A DNA stretch of 62,874 nucleotides, filler included, from Choristocarpus tenellus KU-1152 (taxonomy: Eukaryota > Protista > Phaeophyceae): assembly GCA_964200185.2 (NCBI GenBank). It is 11 parts of 11 records of this genome, joined end to end, with 100 filler letters (N's around TTAATTAATTAA, not from the genome) between each part and the next. Parts side by side here need not be neighbours in the genome. Positions count along the whole stretch, not along the records: positions 35,150 to 42,373 come from CAXNAD020006509.1; positions 42,474 to 48,752 come from CAXNAD020008496.1; positions 48,853 to 51,906 come from CAXNAD020022647.1; 8 more parts are not named here. The stretch is one strand, 5' to 3'. Position 1 is the stretch's first letter; every line of letters begins with the position of its first letter. The notes beneath the pieces are model-generated. The model did no database searches. It saw only the letters and a program-made list of their open reading frames with translations, and had not been told where the DNA came from. Below, piece by piece: positions 35,878-48,918 of this stretch. The position numbers and the translations under genes are program-made.

Positions 35878-38800
35878 ATACTAATAGCAACATCGAGTTT
35901 GTACGGTACTATAAAAAGCATGTTTCTATATGAACACAACCCGCTTGCAAAATTGAGGCCATCTACTTCCACTTCGGGCACTCTTTTTTCACTGTGTGGG
36001 ACTGTAGCCTGGCCTTGTCTCTTCTCTGGTCATATCAGAGCCTTTTCGTAATCCTCCCTTTTCCTTCATCGTTTGCCCATATTCTTCAAAAACCTCCCAA
36101 CACTCACAATCCCTCTGTCCTCAAGATTCGCCCCAGATGCTTTGTTTGCTGCTCAATCAACACATAACAAACCTTTTCCCCATTATTTTTTCGTTGTTCC
36201 AAGTCGGGTCATTCCAAACGTACCGTGTTTCTTACAGATAGCATATATTTGAGTGGTTCCGTCTAAGATGGGGGTGTCATTAAGCTTTAGAGGGGCCCCT
36301 AAAGCTGACTGGTGGAACAGGTATGTATGTGATTTGAGCATTGCGGTGTGTTCTCTGGGGCCAACAATGTGTTCACAGCTAATCTTTCCTTCTAATGTCT
36401 CACCCTCCTAAGAGATAGGTTTACCTGCATGGCAGGCATGAATGGACATGAGGTATATTACACAAAATTCAAAAGGGCCTCGAGACTCAAAAGGGCCATG
36501 TTCAACCTCTTTCTAGGATGATTTGACTGTTAGTGTTGTGATTGTGGGCATGGATATGGTCCTTCGTGAACAGTTTCAATCAGTCGCAAATATGAACATA
36601 GGAACATCCACTTGAAACCTTGTGATCAACGTCAGTTGTCCAATATGCATTTGGCTGACTTAGGGAACCTTGACCCACCAAATGGATGTTTGTGACTTCT
36701 AGCGGCCTCCAGAAATCCCTGCCTGTAGTAGTCAATGACGTTTTTTTTCGGGATGGTGTATAGTGTAAGAACTTGAGAGTCATTGTCAACTCCTGCATTT
36801 TGGTTTGCACTGGAAACCAAGCAGTTTCAGAACTCTCCACAATGTCTCCACTCACCCCTTCCTTCCATCTCTCCTCTGTTGTTGTCTCATACAGGATGCA
36901 GCACATATCGTGTTTAAGGTTGAACCAGGTATCCATTCGCTACTCAATGGTGCAACAATGGATACCCATATATCGCACAACGAAATTGAAAGGATGTGGT
37001 TCTGACTGTGCGTGCTAAGCCTTCGATAGGTGGTGATGATAGTGTGAGCTATTAAGTTGTATGCGTGGGTATGCACACGTGGTGCACAAATCAGTACTGT
37101 GCAGAATGGGATATGAATTGCAGAAATGTACAACCGAAAGCATTGGGGATCATTGTTCATATCTCAGCGGGATATTTATGTAGAATAAATCCTTGGTTTT
37201 CAAGTCCAATGTTCGAGACGTCTTTTTACATCTTGTTGGAATTTTCTAGAAAATGTCGTAAGTGCTCTTTTTATTTTTTCCTTCTATAAGCAACAGGTGC
37301 TAAACCAAGCCCTACCACGCATAATATCACCATCACGTTTCTCATTTCAACCATCTCATCAGGTTCAGCAAGGGGGAATTTCGTTTGAGGCTCCCATCTC
37401 TTTCTTTCCACTTCTTCCATACTGACACAAATAGCAATCTAAATCTGCTCAAATGGATTGAATGTTCATCACTCAACCTTCCTCTTGTCGAACACACTGA
37501 ATATGAAACATGTAAGATTAAACTCATTTTGGTCAATCCCCCCTGTCTTTCACTTTTGACATGTTTCATACATTCTGTCCCTTTTTTTCCCCACCCTCCA
37601 TTAATAATACGATACATTTGTTTCCCTCTTTGTCTCTAAAGGTTTCACTCCACCTTCTACGATGTTTCCACCTGTAGTGCCTGTTGTTTTGATAAGAGTA
37701 GCGATTTTTCGTGTTCTCTCAACTTCCATATATTCTCCTGACTCTTCGAAATCATGGTGACAAATGCTTCTATTTTAACGATGGATGCTCCGAGCGATGA
37801 CTATGATGTCCGTTTACAAGATTAACTTGTTTGGAGGTCCACCTTGTTGGAGTTTTGGAGTTGCCCATGGCATTCGCACTCTCTCAGTAAACGACGGTAG
37901 AGTATTTTGAATAGACTGGTACATATCCGAATATGCACCTCAGAGTGGAGATCCTTGGATTGGCAGTTCGACTATATGAACAGGATGTCTGTTGCTTGGT
38001 TGGATGATGATGAGCCATGCTATAATAACGTGCACTGTCATATGAAGCAAGTTTGTGGACGAGTGGTCCATGCACCCACGAAGGCCATGTCCGCATGCCA
38101 CATGTGTACTTCTACATACAGCCTTGCTTAGTCACACCTCAAGCTCGTCTGATTTGATAATGTGGTCATCATCACATCTAGTCAATTTGACTCCTTTCAA
38201 AGTGGTGGAAACGTGAACAGTGTTGTAGTGTGGATAAGAGCTATATTTTTCTTGTCAGTATTAGCAGCAGTGGTGCGTGCTGGTGGAGGTGGCAGTGGGG
38301 ACCCTAAATTATTATTACTCCTACTCCTACTACTGGCAGTGGTGGTGACGTTGCTGTTGGAAGGAATGGAAATTAAATAATGTGTATTTGAATGGATGGG
38401 ATCATGATCTATTCCTACTGAATCGCAGCAACCTGAGAGAGTCTACACCATTCTACGTCTACATCAACTTTCTTCCTATAATTGTACCCTTTTCCTTCCC
38501 GTTTTGTTCCTTTTTTTCCGTTTTTCCTGTGCTCATGAAGGTCTTCGAGTCTAAGTAAATCCCCAACACACTACTGCTACAGGCGAATAGCGCAAGTGTT
38601 TATTCTCGTACTTTAAACAGTGCGAGCAGGAAACACGCACGTTGAACCCCAAAAGGAGGATCTCCGATTTGCTAAAATTTGGAGACTAAGATCTGCTACT
38701 TATGAACAAAATGTTTTAAAGATGTATTGCAGCGTCTGCAAACTCGAAATGGATGATTGTCATTGACTTCCGCCAGCCACTTTATTTTTTAGCCACATAT

Positions 38801-39549
38801 GTCGTGCACTTACATTGAATAAAAGTATACCTTCATCTGCTGACCTTATATTCACCATCCTCGTTGGACCTTTTGACTGTTGGAGTATCTCAGGAGTCCC
38901 GTACAGGCATCAGCACCATCTATAGGTCTTTGGATTTGGAGCAATACATCCCGTGGAGGTAAACTTTGGAGCGTGCTGTATCACTACTTTCCTGCACTCA
39001 GTGTCATGTGCCAAGTTACACAATTTTCCCGCCAACGTTGTTGTACACTATGCACAGTGTTAGCATCTTCTCTTCCAGCGGAAGTTGACGAGTTCAATAC
39101 ACTCACGATAGATTGTAGCTTTTGATACGACAGAGATATTGTCAGCATCTGCGTGTCCAATATCCAACTTACCACGGCTGCTCTCTTTTCCCGGCCTGTC
39201 AGCTTGCTCCGTCCCAAACAGGTGATTCCCCTTCTTCTCTCACTCTGAACAATCAGGCAGATATTTGAAACCAGATTTATTTCCGTGACAAGAAATCTAC
39301 CATCATTGGAGTTCAAGCCAGTGAATTTCATTCGCTGGAACAGCTACATGTATCACTGAGCCACGAGGATATTCACTGTTTTGTGGAGAGTCGAGTCCGA
39401 TTACCAAACACATTGTTCCTCGAGGAGAATGTTCTCTCGTTCCAGGTGTAAACTTCAAGTTAACGTGCAAAAACCTTGAAAAGCGCTTTGCCCGTGTGTG
39501 CAACCAATAACGAGATGCCCTTTCTGTCAATCTTCTAATCCATCTTTTT

Positions 39550-39810
39550 GAGCCAAAGTAAAAGAGGGGTACCCAGATTTTGGTTATTTTGAATTTTAAG
39601 CCTGTTTTGCAATCTCTTCAATTCACCCATATATGTATATATATAAATGAAGTTCTACGTTTAACTTGAGATGGTATTTCTCTTATTGTTTATACTCTTC
39701 CCAATACAATCAAGAAAGTATCCTGCACACATTAGTAAAAAAATGGCGAATTTTGTTAATATTTTCGTCCTCAAAATGCAACTCTCGGTACCTCTCGTTC
39801 ACTTTGACTC
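39550..39810. mobile_element. MITE family B copy
   Basis: GAGCCAAAGTAAAAGAGGGGTACC ... GGTACCTCTCGTTCACTTTGACTC; flanks TTTT/TTTG. Confidence 0.8.
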
Positions 39811-40059
39811 TTTGCGGACACTCTACTTCGACGGCTGATCCTTCCAGATCTGTGTATATCTACATGTCGTCCTTGGTTCCACAAAGTCACCACACAATGT
39901 TGTGGAAACTCTGGAGAGGATTTTTTTCATCCTCACTTGGGTCTAATTGGCTTCGAACTACTCTGTAGTCCAACGGGGGATGCAGGTGTAAGCTACCACT
40001 AAGCCACGAAGGCACTCAGCGACATAGAGAAATGAGTATCATTGTAGTTACTTTAAAGT

Positions 40060-40355
40060 GGGTTAGTAGTACAATGGTACTCCTACAATACGGATATTAA
40101 TCACGATTAACTGCCGCAGTAGATTATTGTTTCCAGCAACAATTGCTACAGTAAGTGGTCGAGTAGTAGTAGTCGTATAATAAAAATCCTATAATAGTGT
40201 AGGTATAAACTAGGATTAACTACTATGTGAGATTTATGTTTTTAGTAATAGTTGTCAAGCAGTCGTAGTAGCAGTATAATAATATTCCTATAGTGGTACA
40301 GGTAAAAACTAGGATTAACTACTACCTTGTGAGACCTATAGTGGTACCAGTAACT
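40060..40355. repeat. Degenerate ~100-bp-period tandem repeat
   Basis: AGTAGTAGTAGTCGTATAATAAAAATCCTATAATAGTGTAGGTATAAACTAGGATTAACTACTA (~40162) vs AGTCGTAGTAGCAGTATAATAATATTCCTATAGTGGTACAGGTAAAAACTAGGATTAACTACTA (~40261), plus weaker flanking copies. Confidence 0.7.
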
Positions 40356-40679
40356 TTGCCCTCTGGGGTTGTCCAGTCATAACCTTTGATGTAGACTTCG
40401 GATTTAAAAAATAAAAGTATATTCGTGATGCTCGTGACAATGACTTCCAGAGTTCGGGCTTCATTCTTTTTTCGCCATTTTTATGTTATTTTAAGAAAGA
40501 GCGGTCATATTGGGGTTCAAACCCTGGATTGTAGGTCACCAAGAGTGGTAACAGATACACTATTACTTGATTATAGTACAGGGTTTAGACAGGAAAAAAG
40601 CCTCGCCACCCTTTCTTCATGTGTGTTCGCGCACCCACTCTTTGACCTCGACAAGGATGTCCTCGTCAAGCCCAAAACG

Positions 40680-41893
40680 AAACGCCTCTCGTCACGCCCT
40701 TGCTCCAACACCTTAACTTAGCCCTTAGTTAGAAAGTCTCTCTCCCGCTTACTCACAGTTTCCGACCTAACCATTGCTTATCCTGCTGCCATCTCGAGCG
40801 CTGTTTGACAAGTCGTTCCCATTGTTCATACACAGGTACAGGATTTGCAGTGTTAGAGCCATTGATATTACATTTCCTCGTTGAGCGCCGGTAATGGGTT
40901 ATGTTCTTTTGGGTTTCAGAGCCCTTGTAGCCCAACCTTAACACCTTCTTTGTCGTTTCTTAAGCCACTCTGGCTCACATAGCTTCCCAACAGCTAGTGC
41001 CTGCTGCAACAGTCGACTACTAAGATATTCTACACCCGGGTTTTCACTTAGGCGTTTCCTGAGTGCAATGGCACGTAGTCGCACTGCTCTCCTCCCAACC
41101 TTCCCTTCGGCTGACCACTCTGGTTCTCCCTTCGCCTGCCATGACCGCTTCCCCACAGACTTTGTCACTGTACCACACCTGGTGATGGACTTGCTGTTCT
41201 CTTCCTGCTTTCCTGAGGCGGCAGAGACTGCAGAGCAGTGCTCCAATGTGGTTGAAGATACAGCCACGTTTGTGTGGTAATGCTTTCAATGCATCTTCTC
41301 TCAGCGTCAGTGTCGCGACCGCAGGGTCCATTTCGCGATTCGATCATGCTGCTGCGCCACACTACTCGCACTTTCTTGTCACCTAACATTGCACTGAGTT
41401 TCACATGGTACTTGTTTTTCTGGCCCCTCTAGACAGAGAAGGTGTCGAGGGTAGATCCAGAGGGAAGAGTGGCCTCAGCGACTCTCCTTGTCTCACTGTC
41501 GTGGTTCATGTTCTTGTGTAAGTCACATATGCGTGTGCTCTCAAAAAGTCTGTAAAAGGCGTTAAAAAGAGGAAAATCTTGGGGAGGTTTTCTGCTTTTT
41601 TTGGTGAGGGCCGCACCAGCCAAACTTGGGCAGTAACGTACCACGGACCAGTTTTTTGGAAGGAGTTCAGCCAACCATTTCATTTTTGCAAGTTTTGAAG
41701 TCCTGACCTTCAAAATTGCACCGGAAATATTCCCCCGCATTTTTTCCATGATTTTATCGGGACATAGTTCCCGTTCACCGAAGTTTCTTTCTACATTCCT
41801 GGATACAAACCTTCGAAAGGCCTTGTCGTAAGGTTTCGTTTGATATATATATTGTTGTATATCTGTTGGGGCCCTCCGTGTGAAAAAAAGCAA
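40680..41893 (-). pseudogene. Decayed intronless ORF of unknown family (basic, K/R-rich)
   Basis: Overlapping minus-strand ORF pieces (41893-41429, 41404-, 41331-, 41267-40938, 40944-40753) read as one long frame broken by a stop and frameshifts; no recognisable domain. Confidence 0.4.
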
Positions 41894-42052
41894 ACTGAGG
41901 GCGAAGCTACTGAGCTACTGGCTACTACTGGTACCACCCTACGAATAAACCTTTTTGTGATGCATGGCATGTATATACGTCCATGTATATACATAAGTGG
42001 TCTATATTGTGAACCACATTTCTTTTGTCGAACATCCGTATTTAAAATAGTT

Positions 42053-42123
42053 TACTATGACGGAGACTCGAACCCCGGGCATATCCTTGGGAGGGTTATA
42101 TGATACCCCTACACCACCGTCGT
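42053..42123 (-). tRNA. Degenerate tRNA-Gly(CCC) / tRNA-derived element head
   Basis: Minus strand: ACGACGG TG GTGTAGGGGTATCAT A TAACC CTCCCAA GGATA TGCC CGGGG TTCGAGT CTCCG TCATAGT A. It has A-box and B-box matches, a CCC anticodon in a 7-nt loop, an intact T-arm and TTTT a few nt downstream. The acceptor stem has 2 mismatches and the anticodon stem has 1. Confidence 0.75.
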
Positions 42124-45100
42124 TACTTAATATCTAGGATACCAACATCTATTTTCTATATTTATTTCCTGATGTATTTGGACTTCACCTCTATCACCAA
42201 ATTGTTCTCAGTATACATATTGTTATGCCTTCTAACATGGGTAAAAGTATCTGGGGGGGGGGTTTCGGCGTCTATTTTTCACCCTTTTTTCGATTTTCAC
42301 TTTTTTGGTGTGAATTGGTCGCACGTGTCGGATTTGAAATGTATGAAAAAAAAAGAGTCGTTGACCGAAACGGNNNNNNNNNNNNNNNNNNNNNNNNNNN
42401 NNNNNNNNNNNNNNNNNTTAATTAATTAANNNNNNNNNNNNNNNNNNNNNNNNNNNNNNNNNNNNNNNNNNNNGTTATTCAACGTATATGCAAGTATTAT
42501 CCCCCCCCCCCCTGCGTACCCTCAAGTATTGTTGTACCAAAGGGTGTTGAAGAGTACTTTGTTAGAAACCAGGCTTGTGATCCGGTCTTGTTTGGTGTGC
42601 ACTCTGTCAAGCACATTGGGGTAAGGTCTTTACCGCGCCTTCAATGGAAATGGGGACCACCCTGCACGTGTTGTTGAGGTATCCAACCTCATAAACCAAG
42701 CAATGCTTGGTCTCTTCCACACCTAGGGGTATCACCAGCATCAGAGTCGTATCCCATTTCACTGAACAGCCTGAGTTCTTTAACTTATTCATTTCTTTAT
42801 CTACCCAGGAATCGAAGTGGGGTTGGCATGACTCTGAAGTTCCACTGGCTCAATGCTCCATGTGCATTCTAGATGCACCCTTGAAATGCCCCCATTGATT
42901 TTTTGGAGCTGCAAGATGGTTCTAGGCAGACTCTGCATAACAAATTTCTAATTTAATCTGTTCTCACACTTTTTCCAGCAGGGTTTGTAGGTCCCAAAAT
43001 TCTGAACAGTATTTTTTCCAGAGATCCAGGAACGAAGCTTACTGGATAGCATGATGTTGCTCACTCAGAGCTCAGTGTCGGGGTCTTGAGGAAAGGATCT
43101 AAAACGATTTCTCTCACAGGCAGAAAACCTCTTGGCGGGATTGATCTGGAAGTGTTTTTCTTGTCCATCATAGAGGACTGATATAGGAAAATAAGCAGCA
43201 GTGCTATGATACAGAACAATGTTGAGCAGGTAGGTGCTTGTAATACCTATGAGGCAATGTTTGTACTCTGGGTAGCCAGGTGTGTATGAATGGGAATGGT
43301 TGAGAAAGTACACACTATCTAGTTCTGATATACACATGGCTCAAGGATGTTTGAGGAGAGAGGATGATGGGTCGACTTCCCAAATTCTCTCGCCCAACTG
43401 TGGGCATGATCACAGCTAAGGGTGATACCTATGAGCTCAGAGCCTTCAGACTCTACTCACAGGTAGGTTGATAATTCAGTTAAGGCGGTTTTGTTCATCT
43501 TTTTCCGCTATGGTTGTAATACACGATTCTGTAAATACTGTTGTATTACTTGTTTTGTGCTAGGTGTACTGTCCTACCAGCTAGCTGATGATGGTTTGCC
43601 TATCATGCCCAAGGATGTCTGTTTTTTGCTCTATGTTGAATATGTTTCCCGAGATCCGATTCTCTAGTGCATTGTATGCTGTTAAGGGTGTTTTATTTGC
43701 AGGTGACCTATTTTGTGACACAGCAAAGTACCTCAGAGAAGTCTCTGATTGCGTGGTTTTCTGAGTATACCAAGCTGTTACAGTCCCTGTATATGGTAAG
43801 AGGAGGGAGCTAGCAAGGGCTCCTCATGAAGATGAGGAACGCCTTCCAAGTCTCCTTTGATGTTTGTGGCTAATAATCTATGGGCAGGTCATCGGACCTG
43901 CGTGATAATCTTCGTTTCCTTGGTTAAATCACTCTTTCGATCTAAAGAATGGCCTCTTGTGTTTTGCGTTTCACCCCTGATCCTCTGCAATACTTCGTTA
44001 TGGTTGTCCTCGGTAATGGCTTTGAAAATTCAAAATACTTCCAAAGAGTAGCAAGATTTCTCCAGTTTATCTTGTGAAAATATTTGCTTTGCAGTAGTAT
44101 TTGCATGTGACGGAGTACTTGGTTGACTCTGGTAAATGTCAGGTTTGGAGTGCCCAGATTGACCACAAATTGTGCATGCTGTATCGCCAGGTAAGCAGGG
44201 GTTCAGCATCAGATGACTGTGGGGCAGGTGGATATATGCAGTGGGTGGAAAAGGAAAACTTTGCCTGCCCCACAGACCTCACCTTTGCCAGTGTCAAGCA
44301 GGAGTTCCTTGCTATGAAAAACGTTTGTGACACAGAGGAGTATCACAAGGCCAGGAAGAAACTTGCTACTCACCCAACTGAGATATTTGGAGCTCTCAGA
44401 ATGGCTAGTAGAGGGCAACAATGCCTTTGTATTGCAGTTGCTTTGGGTTAAATTGCCTTACACAGAAGGACAATCCTTGGACCACAAAAACAATCTAGCC
44501 ATTGAAATGGAGGTCATAATGCAGCTCCAAAGACCCCTACACAGATTGCCATGGACAGGTGATGAGACCTCTAGGTCTCTCCCTGTCTTCATCAGGTTGT
44601 CCCCTGCCATGGGCCACAATGTTGTGTCACAAGATGGACCATTTACAGATGGGTTGCCTTATTAGCATGCAATGTGGTAAAAAAACACTTGGAAAAGTGT
44701 AGCACAGAGAAGGGAGTACATAGAACCCTCAACAGCATGTATGTGTCAGGCAGTCCCCTTTTCCATGGAAGGTGTGCGAAAGCTTCCCTAACGCGCTTGG
44801 CAGGGTGCACAGCAAATGAGGTTGGATTGCAAGTTTTGTAACCATCACATTGCTCTACATGCTTCACTGAGGCAATATTAAAGGATATACTGGAGGGACA
44901 ATTTCTTACATGTAGAGGATACTTTGTCTTGGTTGTTGGGAGTCCCCATACATCTAACACTTTAGCGAAGCAGAAGCCCTATGTACTTGCACAGGAAAGT
45001 ACTAGACATCACAATGTCCTGAGAGGGTCTTATTTTCTTGAGTTATTCCAGATATAGGCACACTGCTATTTGGTATACGTCTTGGAGGGATCTCTTACAC

Positions 45101-48100
45101 ACATTCACAACATGTATGTTTGGTCCGAGCAGTTTTTGCATGGTTTCGACTACTTGGTCCAGGTACAACATGGAACTTGTGGCCACACCAGGTTCCAAGA
45201 GTAGATTTTCTGGTCAAGGACATGACTCACTTGCCACACTCGCAACAACCATGCTTTGGAAATTGATTACTGCCACCCATCATGACTGGGTTGTGTTTCA
45301 GCATTTAGTAAAATGCCAAGGACAGGCAGTCATCATACTCTCAAGGCAGCCTGGCTCCCTATGCTACATCGAGGTACCATGAGATACCCCTGGTGAAGCC
45401 AAGTAGGACCTGCCAGAATCCATCACCAGCAGTGTGGTTTCATCCTTCAATGTGTGTTTTCAATGAGGAATGTGACTTTAGGTTATGACCAGTATGATAT
45501 TATCAGAAACTCTCAGGCTCCTCAAAAAACTCCACCTTATCGTCTACCAGACAGTTTTCTTCCCTTGAAGACAAAATGGACATAGACACTACAACACTCA
45601 CCTATCGAACTGGATCACCTCATCTTCTTTGCCCATTTCCCACCTTACAAATAGTACTACCTAGCAGCCCGCAGAATCTCATACAGAACTGGTAGCCTTG
45701 TTAGATTTAGATTACTTTGATCTAATAGAACAGAAATGTGTCACGTAACACATGATGTATACACACAACTAGGATACATGTAATTCCCTTTTTCTGATGG
45801 TAACTTCACTATTTGCAGATCTGCACCACCCCAACTCAGCTGCCAAGAATGAGCCATATACAGGTCACTTGATCATTGACGAATAAAGTCCTCACAACAC
45901 GTAGGTGGTAATTTTAATAGACTGTAAGAGGAAAGATACCAAAAGCCAGCAAACCGACTCATGGGGACTATTAAGGTGGTGACGAGGGCCTCAGCTGGTA
46001 GGAATGCCTCCACATATATGTGGAATCCCATTAATTTTCCAACACACAAACTCAAGGTCGTTTCTTGTTTTTTCATCATTGTTAGAACTCGACACCTGCT
46101 TGCGAATATCCTTATATTTAGGGTCTAATGTGGGCAGGCAAGGTGTGTCAATGACGAGTTAGAGAGTTAGACTGTTGGGTTCTCACAAACCGGACTTCCC
46201 CATTGCCTCTAAGATATCTTGGACACAAGGGTGGAAATGTACAGTGACCGATCTTTAAGAAGCTTGTTGCAACCTTGCAAAGGGTGTCCATCCAATGTAC
46301 CAAGCCTTTTTTGTTCGCTATAATGAACTCTTGTGGTTCAAGACGGATTACCCCATCATGTTGGGAATCCCATCCTTACCCGGAACTACACCAAAGGCCA
46401 CGTAATGTATATTTAGTTCTCTACCCTCTGGCTATTTTCCAAACTCAAGGTGGAAACAAGTGCCCATCCTTCTTGCTTGCTATCCCTCACCAGCCATTTC
46501 TCCAAGTATGCAAAAAGGAAATCATAGCAGAGTCCGACGTAACACACATTACCCTGCCTTGAGACACCACCCCATCTTCGAAATATTTTATACAAGGGGA
46601 GACGATCTAAGTCACACCATGATTCAGCCAGTCCCACATGTCTACCCAACCACACAGGGCTACTGCAATGCCAACTTTCAGTTTGGGAAACTGAAGGAAT
46701 GGGTGCTGATCGTGTCATCGCAATTCCCTACAAGGGCAGGCACCCAAACATCTGCCTCATATATATACCATTCAGTGTTAAACCTCAGCAGTGACGAAAT
46801 TTGGAGGGGTATGACACAAGGATACCTTTTCCCACATATGGCCACACTACAGGAATCCTTCCTGCATCTGCCCAGTTGGTCCTCTTCTTGACCCCAACTA
46901 AAATGACAACTGCTCTTCATAGAGGATAATTGAAGGAAGCAAAAATGCATCCACACGGCACTATACATTCCTTCAAAGCAGGAGGGGGCATATCCTAGTC
47001 TTTGGCTGGGGTCAATTTGCTGAACATAATGCAGCGAGTAAGTGTAGTACAGCTCATAGTTTTTTGGTAGAAGGGTTCAACCCAAAATCAGTCAAGTCTG
47101 TGGTATTAAGTGGTGCCCAATTTGAGGCGACGAACAAATTCCTACGCAGTGATCAGAGTAATCCTGGACAGCTTTTCAGCGTTCTACTCCTCCGCTGTAA
47201 GTGAGTATTTTGTTGGAACTTAATGACAGGCAACATGCAACGACCACAGTGATCAGTGAGTGCCCTCTCCCTTCCTTTGAGCATTGGATGATAGTAGTGA
47301 GGATGGGATAATGGACCCCTGCACGACAGGGGATCATTGTACATTACCCAGACACATGTAAGAAAGGCAATGCCTACTTCGGATACAGCTAGCTGTAATT
47401 TTGTATGCTGGAGGCAGAAGCTATGCCTTCAACCTGCAGATGCCGTTCCATGTGCCTTCCCTGTGCACACACTGACCTTGTTGCCCACTCACTTATGTCA
47501 TAAGGAATGCCGAGACGACTGAGAGATCGGATGATTCCAGACGATCATCCCACCCACCAAACGACAAACAAACAAGAGAGTGAACTGGACCTTGTGGGGC
47601 AAGTGATATACAATCCGACTCTGCAGTTAACATATACAACAAAGTTTTACCTCATTTTTCCACTAAAGAGATGGTGAACGATTAGTTCTGCTCTCTTCAC
47701 CTGGCACAGTGTCTCTGGCCCTCTCTGCTGTTCGAAAATCTGTGGCTTTCACTAAATAAATTTTCATCATTACCATGTGGGTACGGCACAATGTGTTTCC
47801 AAAACCTGGGCAACGGACCCCTGACATTTTTCTGGGGGACCATTGCACATTGCCCAGACTCGTTTAAGAAAAGCATCTCCTGGTGTGGAAACAACCACAC
47901 TCGCCACACACACAGTAGGTGCAGCAGATGGTTTTACAATTTAATTTTTTTAAAAGGTCTTTGTTCCCCTTAGAGAAAGCTTACGATTAGTCCATGAGAG
48001 CTCACCAATTACATTAGACACCACCCTAAAACCAAGAATGCCCAAAGTTTGACACTCCTATTTTCGTCAGCATCTTTATATTTGTCCCTCTCTAACTTGG

Positions 48101-48918
48101 CCCTCTCACAATAGTCAGTGCAGCTGTGCGACCCAATAGCAACTTCTCGTTTCCAATAGTCTACCAAGTGACGTTACAGACCCTACAGAAGTCCGAGAGT
48201 GCACAATAGAGATCCCCCAATGACGTACTTACACAAGTCAGAGTAGGACAATCTCAGTAGAAGTAGATTTCTTCTGAGTTACCTGCACGAGTCAAGAAGG
48301 TTCTGGTTGATGATTGAAGTAGGTATAGATAGAAGATTCGGTTCTGCTTGAAAGTACAGTGGGACACTGGTTACCAAGTTGATCTCCTGTGTTTCCTCTT
48401 CACATTATGGATGCATGTTTAATTAACTCATCAAATTAACACACACATAGTCATACACACAATCGTGATTTCCTTGTTCAACGAGGGAAGGCTCATTGTA
48501 GAATCTTTTATCTTCTTAACTCTGATCTATCACATCATCACCAGTATCAGTCGTCACCATACTGGGTCACTTCCTTACACACTTCAGCCAATTAATTGGG
48601 ATGGTGACATCCTCACCACCTCGTGGTTTCAAATCCGAAAAAAAAACATCCTACACTTTCGGTGCTCTGTTTCCCATAAAGAGTATGTTCATCTTTGCAA
48701 CACAAAAATTTAATCCACAAATAAAAGGGGGTACTCCGTATTGGGAGGGGGGNNNNNNNNNNNNNNNNNNNNNNNNNNNNNNNNNNNNNNNNNNNNTTAA
48801 TTAATTAANNNNNNNNNNNNNNNNNNNNNNNNNNNNNNNNNNNNNNNNNNNNCCTGACCCCCCTGACCCCCCTGACCCCCTCTGCCGCGCAATTTTCTAC
48901 TTGTTCACGGCGTCTCAG

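Noticed and set aside
36400-39530. Possible Mutator/SWIM-like remnant on the minus strand (LCNIPHVHSCLPCR near 36425-36465)
   Set aside because: Only one weak motif, with no DDE core or TIRs that I could verify.
42474-48752. Cys-rich broken ORFs suggestive of a KDZ/CxC-type transposon relic
   Set aside because: Heavily decayed; no diagnostic motif could be reconstructed without a translated profile search.
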